A program made the translations under genes and the position numbers. The notes under the pieces are model-generated. The model had not been told where the DNA came from, made no database searches, and worked only from the letters and a program-made list of their open reading frames with translations. Positions 11,601 to 30,560 of a stretch of 64,000 nucleotides of DNA are shown piece after piece (the first letter of the stretch is position 1; the number at the start of each line of letters is the position of its first letter). Source of the stretch: Podarcis filfolensis (taxonomy: Eukaryota); the NCBI GenBank assembly GCA_964270895.1, contig OZ185437.1. One strand, 5' to 3'.

Positions 11601-13149
11601 TTTACTTCTATTTTCCTCACCGATTTGGCTTTACAAAGATTTTGTGTAAGAAAAATACATTTGCATTTTTTTAATGTTATACCTTAAAAGGTCTATATTA
11701 ACAACAGCTTGAGACTGCAGTTTCAGAGAGCAGCAGAATAGTAGTTTGTGCTTGAGGATTTGTGCAGAACATTTCTATTTGTGGCTATTTCAGGCACAAA
11801 AGATTAGTTTGGTTTATAAGTCACCCAATTTATATCTAGAATATAGAATTTTAAAACTTGGTGTACATTTTGTCTTGTCCAGCTTTTTTCAAGTTCCGTG
11901 CAGATGAATCCTACAGGTCATATCAATAGTACAAAAGTAAGTTTTAAAGTAGCACAGCAGTGGGAAATACGGTGTAATGTCAATGTCTAATCCAGTTGCA
12001 TAGCATGTTAATATTTGTTTTAACATTTTGTGTAGCTTAACAAGGCTGATGTTGACACATTATTTAAAGATGCAGCTGTTTTCCTTTTTGTGCTTTCCAG
12101 ATTTTTTTTCTGCATTTTGAAAAATTACACATGTGCATCTTAAGTTTTCAAGTTCTATATTGGGGGGCATCACATGCTGGCCAGAACATCAGTTTAACAC
12201 ATCAGTATTTTTAAAAGTTATAATCAAAGTAGATGTAGCATTCAAAAGAGGGCGAAAAGCACAGGCTAAGAACTGGTTTTGAAATGGGAGATTTGCATCA
12301 TTTTGAAATGTATTCTCCTTATTTTAGACATGATTTCTAGAGTAAAGTTTGAATGTGACTGGGTGGATATACCCATGGTGACAGTCTAGATTTCTAACAC
12401 TCCTGTGTCCCAGGTGCTAGATAAGTTCCTGAACATTTGCTTGTAGCAGTTATCTTCTAGACAAATGTTTTCTCTGTTCCTAAAAAAAATTAGTACGAAG
12501 TCATCTGATTTTTGTAACCATGCTTGCTTTTAAGGTGGAGACAAAGGGAATTGAAACTATGAAGACTAATAGTGCTCAACCATCTACACAAGATGTGCCT
12601 AATTCTGACCCCAAATCAGGTGGATATGCAAGTATTCTTAGTTTCAGAAATGTAGATTGGGTATAATTTAACCTGCATTCATAAATACCCTTATTTTAGA
12701 CACAAAATGAATAAAATAGTTAACATATACCCAGTATGTTTGGAAAGTGAGTTGTAGTTGTGCTGTGCATTGCACAAGTTTCTCTTCATTTTTTAGCCTT
12801 TTCTATAGGAATATAGAGCAGTTGAGTAATTATTTTGGTTTGGTTTGTTTCTTGCCCTGCAGATAAACAGCTCATTCAATATACTGCCTTTCCCCTACTT
12901 GCATTCCTTGATGGAAATCCAGGCTCAGTGGAGAATGCAAATATGACACCTGAATCAGTATCTTCTGTGGATAAACCAATAGAAGTGGATGAACTCCTGG
13001 AAAGTGGTCTGGATCCTCAACCAACCCAAAGCAAACTGGTTCGTCTGGAGCCACTGACAGAAGCAGAAGCTAGTGAAGCTACACTATTTTATTTGTGTGA
13101 ACTTGCTCCTGTGCCAATGGACACTGATATGCCACTGCTGAACAACTAA
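1455..13149 (+). CDS. HSF2: Heat shock factor 2, exons 2-13 (5'-partial): join(1455..1563,2562..2689,3669..3793,5888..5963,6643..6704,6830..6914,7747..7892,9158..9421,11470..11575,11883..11936,12535..12619,12863..13149)
   Basis: All junctions are GT-AG with consistent phases; 1527 nt = 508 aa plus stop. Translation shows the HSF DNA-binding domain ([19 protein letters not shown]), HR-A/B, HR-C and the HSF2 C-terminus ([20 protein letters not shown]). Confidence 0.97.
1800..1860 (-). mobile_element. CR1-like LINE 3'-end fragment
   Basis: gaatc..agaa.tgtaga.ttggaagggaccc...ggtcatcta pattern; similar pieces at ~37005-37040 and ~56335-56390. Confidence 0.5.
2562..2689 (+). CDS. HSF2: HSF2 exon 3 ([42 protein letters not shown])
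   Basis: ttttcag|AT ... AAG|gttagt; 128 bp. Confidence 0.97.
3669..3793 (+). CDS. HSF2: HSF2 exon 4 ([41 protein letters not shown])
   Basis: ttacag|GTT ... GAG|gtaaat; 125 bp. Confidence 0.96.
3861..3950 (+). mobile_element. L2-type LINE 3' tail
   Basis: tgtaagctgcccagagtagctagggaaacccagccagatgggcagggtat followed by (ATT/ATC)n. Confidence 0.65.
4062..5197 (+). mobile_element. Non-coding retroposed element with L1-type insertion hallmarks
   Basis: 18-bp perfect TSD GAAATTAATGGCCATGAC (4044-4061, 5198-5215); AATAAA at 5172-5177 and A-rich tail; TT/GAAA target; AAGATGGCCG at 4086-4095. Confidence 0.85.
5458..5839 (+). mobile_element. Sauria SINE (Squam1), full length
   Basis: tRNA-like head, Sauria core, ggggtccttta..tacctttat tail; 12-bp TSD CTAGGTCAGTTA (5446-5457, 5840-5851). 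Confidence 0.9.
5888..5963 (+). CDS. HSF2: HSF2 exon 5 ([25 protein letters not shown])
   Basis: aacag|A ... AAG|gtaatt; 76 bp. Confidence 0.96.
6643..6704 (+). CDS. HSF2: HSF2 exon 6 ([20 protein letters not shown])
   Basis: ctgcag|ATT ... CG|gtaagt; 62 bp. Confidence 0.96.
6830..6914 (+). CDS. HSF2: HSF2 exon 7 ([28 protein letters not shown])
   Basis: tttag|C ... CAT|gtgagt; 85 bp. Confidence 0.95.
7747..7892 (+). CDS. HSF2: HSF2 exon 8 ([27 protein letters not shown]...)
   Basis: ggcag|GTA ... AA|gtaaga; 146 bp. Confidence 0.95.
8108..8697 (+). mobile_element. L2 LINE 3' part with (ATT)n/(GTT)n tail
   Basis: ORF2 C-terminal relic ([14 protein letters not shown]...[14 protein letters not shown]) and gggcagggtataaataaa end. 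Confidence 0.75.
9158..9421 (+). CDS. HSF2: HSF2 exon 9 ([18 protein letters not shown]...SQNINLLG)
   Basis: ttgcag|T ... AA|gtgagt; 264 bp. Confidence 0.95.
9597..10078 (+). mobile_element. L2 LINE 3' part interrupted by a Sauria SINE 3' fragment
   Basis: [31 protein letters not shown], then [12 protein letters not shown]; tail ggtatataaat at ~10060. Confidence 0.75.
9924..10003 (+). mobile_element. Sauria SINE 3' fragment
   Basis: ggccagtaaagcgagatgagcgccgcaacccc...ggggtccctttaccttta. Confidence 0.8.
10286..11329. mobile_element. Tc1/mariner-superfamily (Tc2/pogo-like) MITE carrying a minisatellite
   Basis: TIRs (ta)CCGTATTTTTCCCTCTATAACAC / GTGTTATCGAGCAAAAAATACGG(ta), 3 mismatches; TA TSD. 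Confidence 0.82.
10815..11195. repeat. Minisatellite, ~145-148-bp unit x ~2.4
   Basis: Units start at 10841, 10989 and ~11134 (gatcctcaggatctttgcattgggtcaccccaaattcaccatcagatcacat...). Confidence 0.9.
11470..11575 (+). CDS. HSF2: HSF2 exon 10, HR-C ([35 protein letters not shown])
   Basis: tttag|G ... GAT|gtaaat; 106 bp. Confidence 0.97.
11883..11936 (+). CDS. HSF2: HSF2 exon 11, 54-nt alpha/beta cassette ([18 protein letters not shown])
   Basis: gtccag|CTT ... AAA|gtaagt; phase 0-0, 18 aa. Confidence 0.93.
12535..12619 (+). CDS. HSF2: HSF2 exon 12 ([28 protein letters not shown])
   Basis: tttaag|GTG ... TCAG|gtggat; 85 bp, phase fits exon 13. Confidence 0.88.
12863..13149 (+). CDS. HSF2: HSF2 exon 13, terminal ([19 protein letters not shown]...DMPLLNN*)
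   Basis: ctgcag|AT; TAA at 13147-13149. Confidence 0.97.
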
Positions 13150-13539
13150 AACGAGAGAGTTAAAGCAAACTATTTATTGAGGCTATTGTTTGGGATCTAT
13201 CTTTTGTAAATGGCATTTTGTGAGCAGCTACTGTGGAACCTTAAACAGTTTGTTCTATCACTTTCCCCAAAACTCGGGTCTCAAAAGAGCAGTTTAAACA
13301 TTTATACAAACCATCAACAGTTCACAATGAGTTCATTCTAGTGCTGTCATATTTGGAATTATGTATTCAGAATATGCCAGGTAATTGGATGCTCTGTATT
13401 AGCCACTCGCAGTTTTTCTTGTTCACTTTTAGTCCTAATGTATGACATACACAAGTAAATAAGTAACTCTGGATGGAGGTTGTAGCACTCAGAGTTTAAT
13501 TCTTCTGTACTTTGTTTTCTATTTTTACAACTTTGTTTA

Positions 13540-13545
13540 AATAAA
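13540..13545 (+). terminator. Candidate HSF2 polyadenylation signal AATAAA
   Basis: First + strand AATAAA after the stop, ~390 nt downstream. Confidence 0.55.
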
Positions 13546-14508
13546 ACTGTGTTAGGGGACCAGAACTGAATATAGTGCTTCATTGAATTGACAAGTGTCC
13601 ATCTTAATTTCATAGTCGTAAGAGTATCCACTACTTGCTTCACCCAATAGGCACAAATGCTGTTGAATGGGTTGGGGGTTTTCTGTGAACGTGTTCTTTG
13701 TTAAAGGGGATTTTCAGTAGCAGGCTAGAGGAAGTATATTCAGTACTATGAAAATGTATGGCCTATAGCCACATTGGATAAAAAATCAAAACAAGACTAG
13801 GAAGACCTAAACAGCCATTTTTTCTGAATGTTTACTAAGTTATAGCATACACACAAAATGACTAAATATTAAAGCTACCTTGAAATTGCATTCATGTTGA
13901 GCCTAAGTCAGCCATTAAATATATATAAGTATTTTTTATAGAAATTCACCACTGATACTCAGTAATGCACAACAGTGCTGCTACAGCTGAAACTCTTCTG
14001 TCAGCTGTGCAATCCTTAAGGAAAAGCAAACCAGAACTGTACCTTCCCATTCAAGCAGCAAAGCACAGTATTTGAAGATTTCCAACAAACTATGCAAAAC
14101 ACCTAATAGTTTCTGTGTTATGTAGACTGAGGATTTTCCAGGTACAAATCCACTGCCGGCAATGGACACACAAAAGATAATACCTTTGACGCAAAAATCA
14201 ATGACATCTGTGAAGAGATCAGCTATTAAAATGCAAGTGTGCTTTAACTAAAAATGAGTATTGGTATACATCAATTTATCCAGGAAAGTATTTTTAGAAA
14301 GATACAGAACAACTTGATTTACAAACTAAGCTCAATTATACCCACTCAAGGAACAGATGGAGCCAGGATATATTTTTTTTAAAGTAACTTTTTAAAAAGC
14401 TATAAAAATAAACAGCGGTACCTGAAGTCTACCTCATCAGCGTGAAATATACTATACTACAGCTACCAGCAGTGGGGGACAGCAATCCATTTCACTCCTT
14501 AATTTCAA

Positions 14509-14514
14509 TTTAAT
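14509..14514 (-). terminator. Candidate SERINC1 polyadenylation signal ATTAAA
   Basis: tttaat on +; would give a ~1.7-kb 3'UTR. Alternatives at 15469-15474 and 13495-13500; AATAAA at 13173-13178. Confidence 0.4.
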
Positions 14515-16168
14515 GAGCGCTAGTCCTAAATACCTTCCAAGTATTGATTAGGTTTTTTAAAAAAAGACTTATCTTGGTATCAAATGGTTACAAAAATGAA
14601 AAGCCTATAGCATGCATTAATACTTCACTGCACTTCACTTTAAAAAACAAATATCTGGTCAAAATGGCAACTATTTTTGATACCCCATGCACATTTTGAA
14701 TAATTTCAAGTACAACCTTAAACATTTACTCCTGTTCACATTCTTTAAAAGAGGCCTTGTACTTACTCAAACCTGCAAGTACAAAAACCAGTTCTACAGA
14801 ATTGGAACTGCTGTTTTCTTAAATGCTCACACCAGCCCTAGTGACAGCTGGGGACCTTTGTCGTTTAAAGTGTGGAAGGGGGAACCCTCCACAAATTGAT
14901 TAAAATGGCAACTGAATCACAGGTACATTCTTTCCCTTCCTACTAACCCCACTCCTTGCTCTGCTCTATCATTAGCTAAGGCTCATTAGAGTTGACATTC
15001 CTGTGCTCCTGCTCATCTGATGTTTGTTCAACAAACAAAAGATCATACCTCCTACAGATCAGCTATGATCTAAAGGTAACCTAGACTTAACGCACACCTG
15101 ATATGCGATTCTCATTCAGCATCAGACTCTCCTAGACAACCATCCATCCATGCTTCAGCTGAGGTAATACAGTATCCTCCATAGGCTTACAACCATTACT
15201 GTCTCTCCTATCTGTCATAGCCATATTTTTCTCATCTTTTTTGGGAAAATTTCACAGTTGCGAAAGATTATACTTCCTTGCTAGACCAAAGTTGATATTT
15301 TACTAACTAGAAAACTGCTGTGTAACAATTATTAAGCTGCAATAAAGGCCAGTAAGATTGTCATAGATAGCCCTAGCTTCTAACACTCTTCATGGTTCCC
15401 CATCTGATTATAACTGCAAATATCTGACTTTCAACCTCGGCCTATCTACATGCACTGAAAAATACTGTTTTAATGCACCTTTGACTACACGATCTAGGAA
15501 TTCTTCAGTAAGCAGTAGGGCTGAGCCAAATATTTGTGGGGTTTGAAACACATGGAACTGTTGTTCTCACATCTAGTTTGACCCTAAATCCCTCTCCAGG
15601 TGCTAGTTAGGGGAAAGGAAATATACAGAAGGGAACAGTGGGAAAGATCACACTAGCTCTGCCCAACATTGCCTTTTTCATCACTTTCCAACTGGTGATA
15701 ATGTAAAGTGGAGAGATGTTTGTATCTGTGGAGGCTCCCAAATGGAAAACCAAGGTTGTCACCCACAGAAGCAGGGAGTCTCCATGGATGCAAAAGTCTC
15801 CCTGCTTCACAGTCACCATTTACAAATCGTAAAAGTGACAAAAATAGCAGGGTGGTGGTGGTGGTGGAATCTTCATCCCTACTCTACCCACCATATGTGT
15901 TTACTTTCCCCCAACATTGGAAGAGGGCTCAGTATTAATCATTAATATGTATTATTATTATTATTATCATCATCATCAAGCTCAACTAGAAAACAGTCAC
16001 TGAAATAGCAAGTGAACATGATTTAAAAGTATAACCATGCAGAAGACATGATAAACTACTCAGACGATACATACACGTATTATTTACAAATTACATCTCG
16101 ATGTTGAATACTGTTAGCTTCAAATTAGCAACAAAATAAAGCAAGAGCTTTCAGATGAGACACTTGGC

Positions 16169-24247
<8,079 letters not shown>

Positions 24248-24633
24248 CTTCTTCTTCTTCTTCCTCTTCTTCTTCTCCTCGCGGCGGTTGAGTTGCGCGG
24301 CAGCCCTTTAAAGATGGAGCCAGCGGCACCGAGCGGCGAGGGCTTGTTTACTCTTCAGCCTGCCTCGCTCACTAACCACGAGCTTTGACAGGCAGCAACG
24401 CGTCACTTCCGGGCTGAAGGAGGAAGGACCGCCACTGGCCACCTCCCACCTCAGCGCACAGGATTTAGTAGGGTAGACTCGCACGGGCATCTGACTTCTG
24501 GGTTACCTTAAAAGTATTTTATGTTATGCTGTTTGGTTTGGTTTTTGCGGCAAAACAGTACGGGGAAAATCCAGGGTTTAAACGTAGGTGTGACTGGGCA
24601 GCAATGTTTCCTGTCCCCATTCGCTAAATGTAG

Positions 24634-24745
24634 CTTTAATGTATTGTTAATCTTTTGTTAGAAGCCGCCCAGCGTGGCTGGGGAGACCCAGCCAGATGGG
24701 CGGGGTATAAATAATAAATTTTTATTTTTATTTTATTTTATTTTA
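24634..24745 (+). mobile_element. L2-type LINE 3' tail
   Basis: gaagccgcccagcgtggctggggagacccagccagatgggcggggtataaataataa plus (TTTTA)n. Confidence 0.7.
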
Positions 24746-24764
24746 ATAACCTAACCTCAACAGA

Positions 24765-25113
24765 GGGACGTGGGTGGCGCTGTGGGTTAAACCACAGAGC
24801 CTAGGACTTACCAATCAGAAGGTCGGCGGTTCGAATCCCCGCGACGGGGTGAGCTCCCGTTGCTCGGTCCCTGCTCCTGCCAACCTAGCAGTTCGAAAGC
24901 ACGTCAAAGTGCAAGTAGATAAATAGGTACCGCTCCGGCAGGAAGGTAAACGGCGTTTCTGCGCTGCTCTGGTTCACCAGAAGCGGCTTAGTCATGCTGG
25001 CCACATGACCCGGAAGCTGTACGCTGGCTCCCTCGGCCAATAAAGCGAGATGAGAGCCGCAACCCCAGAGTCGGCCACGACTGGACCTAATGGTCAGGGG
25101 TCCCTTTACCTTT
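24765..25113 (+). mobile_element. Sauria SINE, full length with intact A/B boxes
   Basis: A box TGGCGCTGTGG, B box GGTTCGAATCC (24828-24838); 13-bp TSD TAACCTCAA(C/T)AGA (24752-24764, 25114-25126). Confidence 0.92.
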
Positions 25114-25604
25114 TAACCTCAATAGACAGAATCCAGCTCCTCCATCTCAGAAACAATCTTGCAGCATGTGGTTATGATAGCTGGAGGGCTGTCCAAATTA
25201 TTGCAGTTTTGAAACTTTGAGTCCACTATTTTGGTGGTATCTAAAGATAAACCAGAATCTGCTCCTTGACCTTAGGAACCATCATGCCAGTTTTGGCTAC
25301 CATATCTTAAGCAGTGTCCAGTTCAATGCAGTTTTCTAAAGGTGCAGTTCATCATTTTGTTTCAACATTGCAACCAGGAATATACAAACATAAACAAAAA
25401 CCTGCCCCATTACCTCAGGAATGACCATGCCAAAATTGGTTAAGATCTCTCAGGAGGTGTCCCAATGTGTATGAACAAACAATCAAAATATATGATGGAG
25501 AACCTGTGCTGTATTTATGGTGTTCTGTTATTTTCCCGCTATTGTTTATTGTTTGCAGGCCACTTGTGGCATTTATCTGAAAACTCTTGCATGTGTAGTA
25601 CATG

Positions 25605-25881
25605 ATAATAATAATAATTTATACCCCACCCATCTGGCTGAGTTTCCCCAGCCACTCTGGGCGGTTCCCAATCGAGTGTTAAAAACAATACAGCATTAAA
25701 TATTTAAAACTTCCCTAAACAGGGTTGCCTTCAGGTGTCTTTTAAAAATAGGATAGCTGCTTATTTCCTTGACAACTGATGGGAGGGTGTTCCACAGGGC
25801 GGGCGCCACTACCGAGAAGGCCCTCTGTCTGGTTCTCTGTAACTTCACTTCTCGCAATGAGGGAACTGCCAGAAGGCCCTC
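25605..25881 (-). mobile_element. L2 LINE 3' end
   Basis: Same tail as at 360 and 24634, plus ORF2 C-terminal relic on the reverse strand (RAFSVVAPALWN). Confidence 0.75.
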
Positions 25882-28419
25882 CTTCAGGTATACAAATGCA
25901 TTCTAGTAGCATTAAGCAAAACATTTGGAAGTCCATGTCACCTGACATGAATACAGGAGCGGGGAACACATTTCTTGGAGGAAATTGTAATGTTTTTCAT
26001 GCCTCTCAGTTTTCCCTGAAAATGTTTCCCGCTTCCCCTGCTACTTCCTCCACTGGATTTATTTCTAGAGGCCAACTGAGAAAGATGACACCCTAGCTGT
26101 GGATGGGGAGGGGGGGCTCAATAGCTATGGAAATGATAACCCCCTGATTCTTCAGCTCCTTTCATGCCATTATGAGGCAACTGCAGGGCTGAAAACCATT
26201 GTCCCCTCAAAACGTGTATTTCTGCCCTAACTCCTAGAGGTCAGTCTAAGCCAAGAAATGGATGAGCCCTTTAATGATGACCAGCTCCTAAAATGTACAC
26301 CCTCCCTAGGCTAAAGCAGATTGTGTTTTTCCCACTCAGGGATGTCAGTTTGAAAAGTGTCATCTAACTAGCATTACTACCATTACCCAGAATGTATTTG
26401 TGTACTGAATATCTCCCTAGATGGCATTTATTTATATATAAGCTGCACGTACAGCAGCATCAGTACAGATGATGGCCGATATTTTCAGCAAGGCAATCAT
26501 TTCCATGACAACAAATGTCTGTGGCTTTCCAAAGGAAGAAATGGATTCTTAGGCTACAGTCCTCTACCCTTTCCTATTGAAGTCAATTAGACGTACTTGT
26601 GATGAGTCATGCAAAGGATTGTGCTGTCAGTAAACAAATGTTCCTTTTAAAATGCAAGTGAAGCCAGAAGTTCTTAGTTTAAACAAGATCAAACACTGTA
26701 CGTTTAATTCTGACCTTGAAATACATACAATATACAGGGAGCAGCCTGTTTAAAGAAATAGCCTTGAGATGGGGTAAGAGCTTTCGGATTACTGTGCTAG
26801 GAAGTACATTCCGTTGTTCTCTGAGTGCTGAACTGCTTGGAAGAACACACAGTTGTACAAAATGTAAAAGACTCAAATAAAACAGTGTGTCAAGTGTTCC
26901 TTTAGTAGCTGCGTCAGAGACTCCCAGCAATGTGTCACAAAAGAGCCCAGCATCCTACTGTGAAGTTATTGCAAGACTTAAAGCACAATCCTAATTTTTA
27001 TTATCATTCCTAAAATAAAAACCCTTGTGTGATGTGTCTTGGGTTCTTGACACTGTCTTTTCTCCTCTTCCTTACTTGCCCTATGTGGGGAACGCTAATG
27101 TAAATGAGTTTCGCTGCTTGCTATAACAAGGCCTGGACAAGGTCAGGGGAGGCCTGGGTTGTTGCTGGTGGTACTGCCACTACTAACAACTAGGGAACTA
27201 CTGCAACCTTTTCCATACCCCATCCTAGTGCTGCTGCTGCTGCTCCAGCCTCTCTCACACACCACCACTACATGTTTGCAAAATGTGCACAGTGGCAAGC
27301 CTTTCTTAACTATATTGGGCAGGGTTCAATCCTGATTGCAACCCATTACCATAGAGGAAGGAAGGAACACTGAGATTTGGATATAGCAAAAAGTCAAGCC
27401 TGCTTATTTTCTACAAACAGGTATATTTCACCTCCCTAATCTTTTGCGACAATTCGTTCACCTGGAATTTTACCAATGACAAATCAGGTGCGGTTGAGAA
27501 CATTTAAGCTATAACGTAACACCTTAGATCGTTATATGGTTTGCCTTTACCCAAATGTATTATTCAAAATGCTTCTCGGGGAACATTAATTCATTTTGAT
27601 AAAGGGCTGGACTGCTATTGAATGCTATCTTGGGAAATATATTTAAAAACCCAACATTGTCAATTGGGTGAAACAGTCTATAGGAATTTGCTACATTTAC
27701 ACTCTACCCAAATGTGTTGTGCCTTAAAGTGGGTGTACTTCTTTTGATGCTCAATTTTTGTCAGTGGCTTAGTAGCCATTGTGCTATTGCTAGTTGGATA
27801 CTTCTACTACTCATTTACCCCAAGAAAGAATCCAGCAACTTTCCTGTGATCCAGGAAACTGTGAATCCAGCAACTGTCCCAAGCGATACATTGTATCTTC
27901 TATACAAACAAAATCTTTATTTGACAAAGGCATGTAACCTAAAAATAGTCTGTGGAATCTGGGTATTTTTGGCCGTGGCTTAATAGGTCAAAGTGAAACC
28001 AAGACAGTTTAATTCTAAATGGCCTTGAAGCTTTGCTCCTGATATCAAAGCTGAGCTTATACACAGATATCAAGTCCAGATGGTACTTAAATTAATCTGG
28101 CTTCTGGATACTTTCCCTGCCTTACCATCTTAAAGTAAAAGTGTTTCCAAATTCTGTGCATGCCAGTTACTGACAACATGAGCAGCACATTTCAAATTAA
28201 GCCAATAGGCAGGTCTTTTGGCTTCTGTAAACTTTTCCTGGCTCCAAAAACTGTTTGCCATGATATATATATGCAGAGTAGAAGATAAAGGCCATTAGCT
28301 GAGATCTCTGCATTGTGACCATTATATTTTTTCTGATTTTTTTAAGGAAGCGTGTTTATCTGATCTGTAGAAAATGCAACTTGAAAAAAGAGACAATGCA
28401 CGTATTTTTGTAAACTGAG

Positions 28420-28421
<2 letters not shown>

Positions 28422-28461
<40 letters not shown>
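28422..28461. repeat. (AT)n microsatellite
   Basis: About 20 units. Confidence 0.95.
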
Positions 28462-28463
<2 letters not shown>

Positions 28464-30193
28464 CATGTTTATTTAAATGCTGAAAACTGATCAATTCCAA
28501 ATTTCTCCTTAGAATATGAGAGTTTATTTTTTTAGAAAATTTATCTCCTACTTTTCCATTGCGTGATAACCTTTGAGGTCTTTTCCAGTTCTATGATCCC
28601 AAAGAAGGTTTACAATAGATTGAAATAACACACACACGCGTGTTCAGATCTGAAACCTACACAGCCTGGCCTTCCTTATCCTCCTGACATGGTGAATGTG
28701 CCACAGAGTGCTTCCTTTCAACTCCACTGTCTCAGGAAAACTGGCAGCTGGAGCTGGGTGCTCTTTCTGACAGGGTGGGGCGAGCAAACTCCCTGCAGCT
28801 CCTTCTTCTTTCAGGCTGATGGATGGGGCCAGGCTGGTCCTGCACTCACTGTGTTCTTCTTCCTGCAACCTCTCAGTGACACTTTGGCTCCAGCGTTTAT
28901 TCTAATGTGCAGCTAGACACATTTTGTGCAGCATCCAAAAAAAGATAAAATAGTTTGCGGTGTGACATGTGCACTTGGGCATATGGGATTTAACAAGAAG
29001 CTAAGTAATTTATTGAAAAAAGAAAAGAAATAGATGAGCAAAGATAAAAAGAAATGGAAAATGAAGATGAATCCTGGTTCCTTTCAAATCTGCATGACCT
29101 TAATAGTACATGATGGGGCTAATTACTTGACTAGTCAAAGGCATTTATTACCTCACATTGAACTCTACTTACACAATATATGTAGGTTTTTAATCGCTAC
29201 GCACCAGTACAAAAGGAACAGATTACACAATTGTGCCATGGTGCTTCATCTCACATTATGTTGAGCACATTAAGATTTCTTTTGTTTTGAGAAGGGTGGG
29301 AGCTCAGCTTCATAGTTATGCTTTGTAGGTTAAGGAATTTAGATCATTTATTCCCCCAAATAATTGGGGAATCTCTTTACTTCCCCCATTCTTTTCAAGG
29401 CACATCTCTCTTTCTTGCTCCCTCGCTGCCTTTTTTATTATTTTCCCAAACTTTCTTTTTCTGTTACGCTTTTTTTGTTACCCTTCCTATCTATTTCTCT
29501 ATTAATTCTTATTTTCTCTTCCCTCTTTCATTTTTGTTCTTTTGGTTAGAATAATTCTCAGGGTGAGCAGAGTGATGGCTACATGTGTGCAGCAGGGGGG
29601 AAAGTGTATAAATAAACCCTGCTTTGCTCTTTGGCCAATGGCAGGGACCAGAATGAGTTTCCCTTCAGCTCGCATCTGACTCACAGATCAGAGATCTGAA
29701 CTTCCACAGCTCCAGGCTTTCATGATCTAACCACCCCAGCCCACGGTTTCTCAGCACACCTCCACGCTCCTAGCATGGTTCATGAGCGCCTCAGTGTGCA
29801 ACACAATAGCTGGTTCATAAAAGTGCATGTGTTCTTCCTTCTCCTCAAAGACGTACCTGGCTGTGAGGTGTTTGGGTGGCACTGTGCAAAGCACTTTGCA
29901 AGCCCTGGACTCAGCACTTCCTGAGCTGGTCAAGAGAGGACAGCTCCATGAAAGGAAAACCCCAGATTTTCAAAAGCAAGTAGGCAAACCAATCATCTTC
30001 TGCTGGAGGCTTGGCTTGGAACCCACAAGGGGAAGTCAGAAATGTGCTGTCTCAGCAAGAAGGTGGTGCCATTTGAGGCCCTGGGGAGGCAACGTCAATA
30101 CTGCACTTGACCACACGTCCTGGTGAAGCTGTGCTTCCTCAAAGGGCCCTTTGCCCAGTTCTGCCAGGGCTGACATCTCTAAAGTGATGGAGA

Positions 30194-30560
30194 TGTTACT
30201 GGGGACTTGTCCTTATAGTCTGAGGAAGGTGGAAGAGCTATGTCCTCAGGTCAGGAGGTGTTAGGGACTGGCTGGATGCAGAGAAGTGGGAGGCAGCAGC
30301 TGGGGAGCGCCCAAGAGAAGAAGGTTCAGAGCCAGGGGGTTGGTGGTGGAACAATGAGTGGTCAGAGAGAGAAGAGGGAGCAGACTGGGGGGGAGGAGGT
30401 GTCAGAAGCTGGAGAGGTAACAGGGCTTAGTGAGCGGGAAGAGGTTATGGCAGAGAGCAGTCCAGAATCAGAGGCAGAAGCATAGGCTGGAGAGGAGGTG
30501 GGCCGAGAGGCAAGAGGTCCGGCAGACTGCTGAAGAAGCCTGGAGGTTCTCTCCCTTCCT
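30194..30560 (+). mobile_element. Possible LTR-like repeat fragment (purine-rich)
   Basis: TG start and GA-rich body resembling recalled lizard LTR-like repeats; ends and TSD not resolved. Confidence 0.3.

Noticed and set aside
24765-24840. tRNA gene
   Set aside because: The A/B boxes belong to a SINE head; no cloverleaf, and the sequence continues into the Sauria core.
29606-29638. TATAAATA plus CCAAT as a promoter
   Set aside because: Order is reversed for a + strand promoter, and the context resembles an L2-type tail (gtataaataaa).
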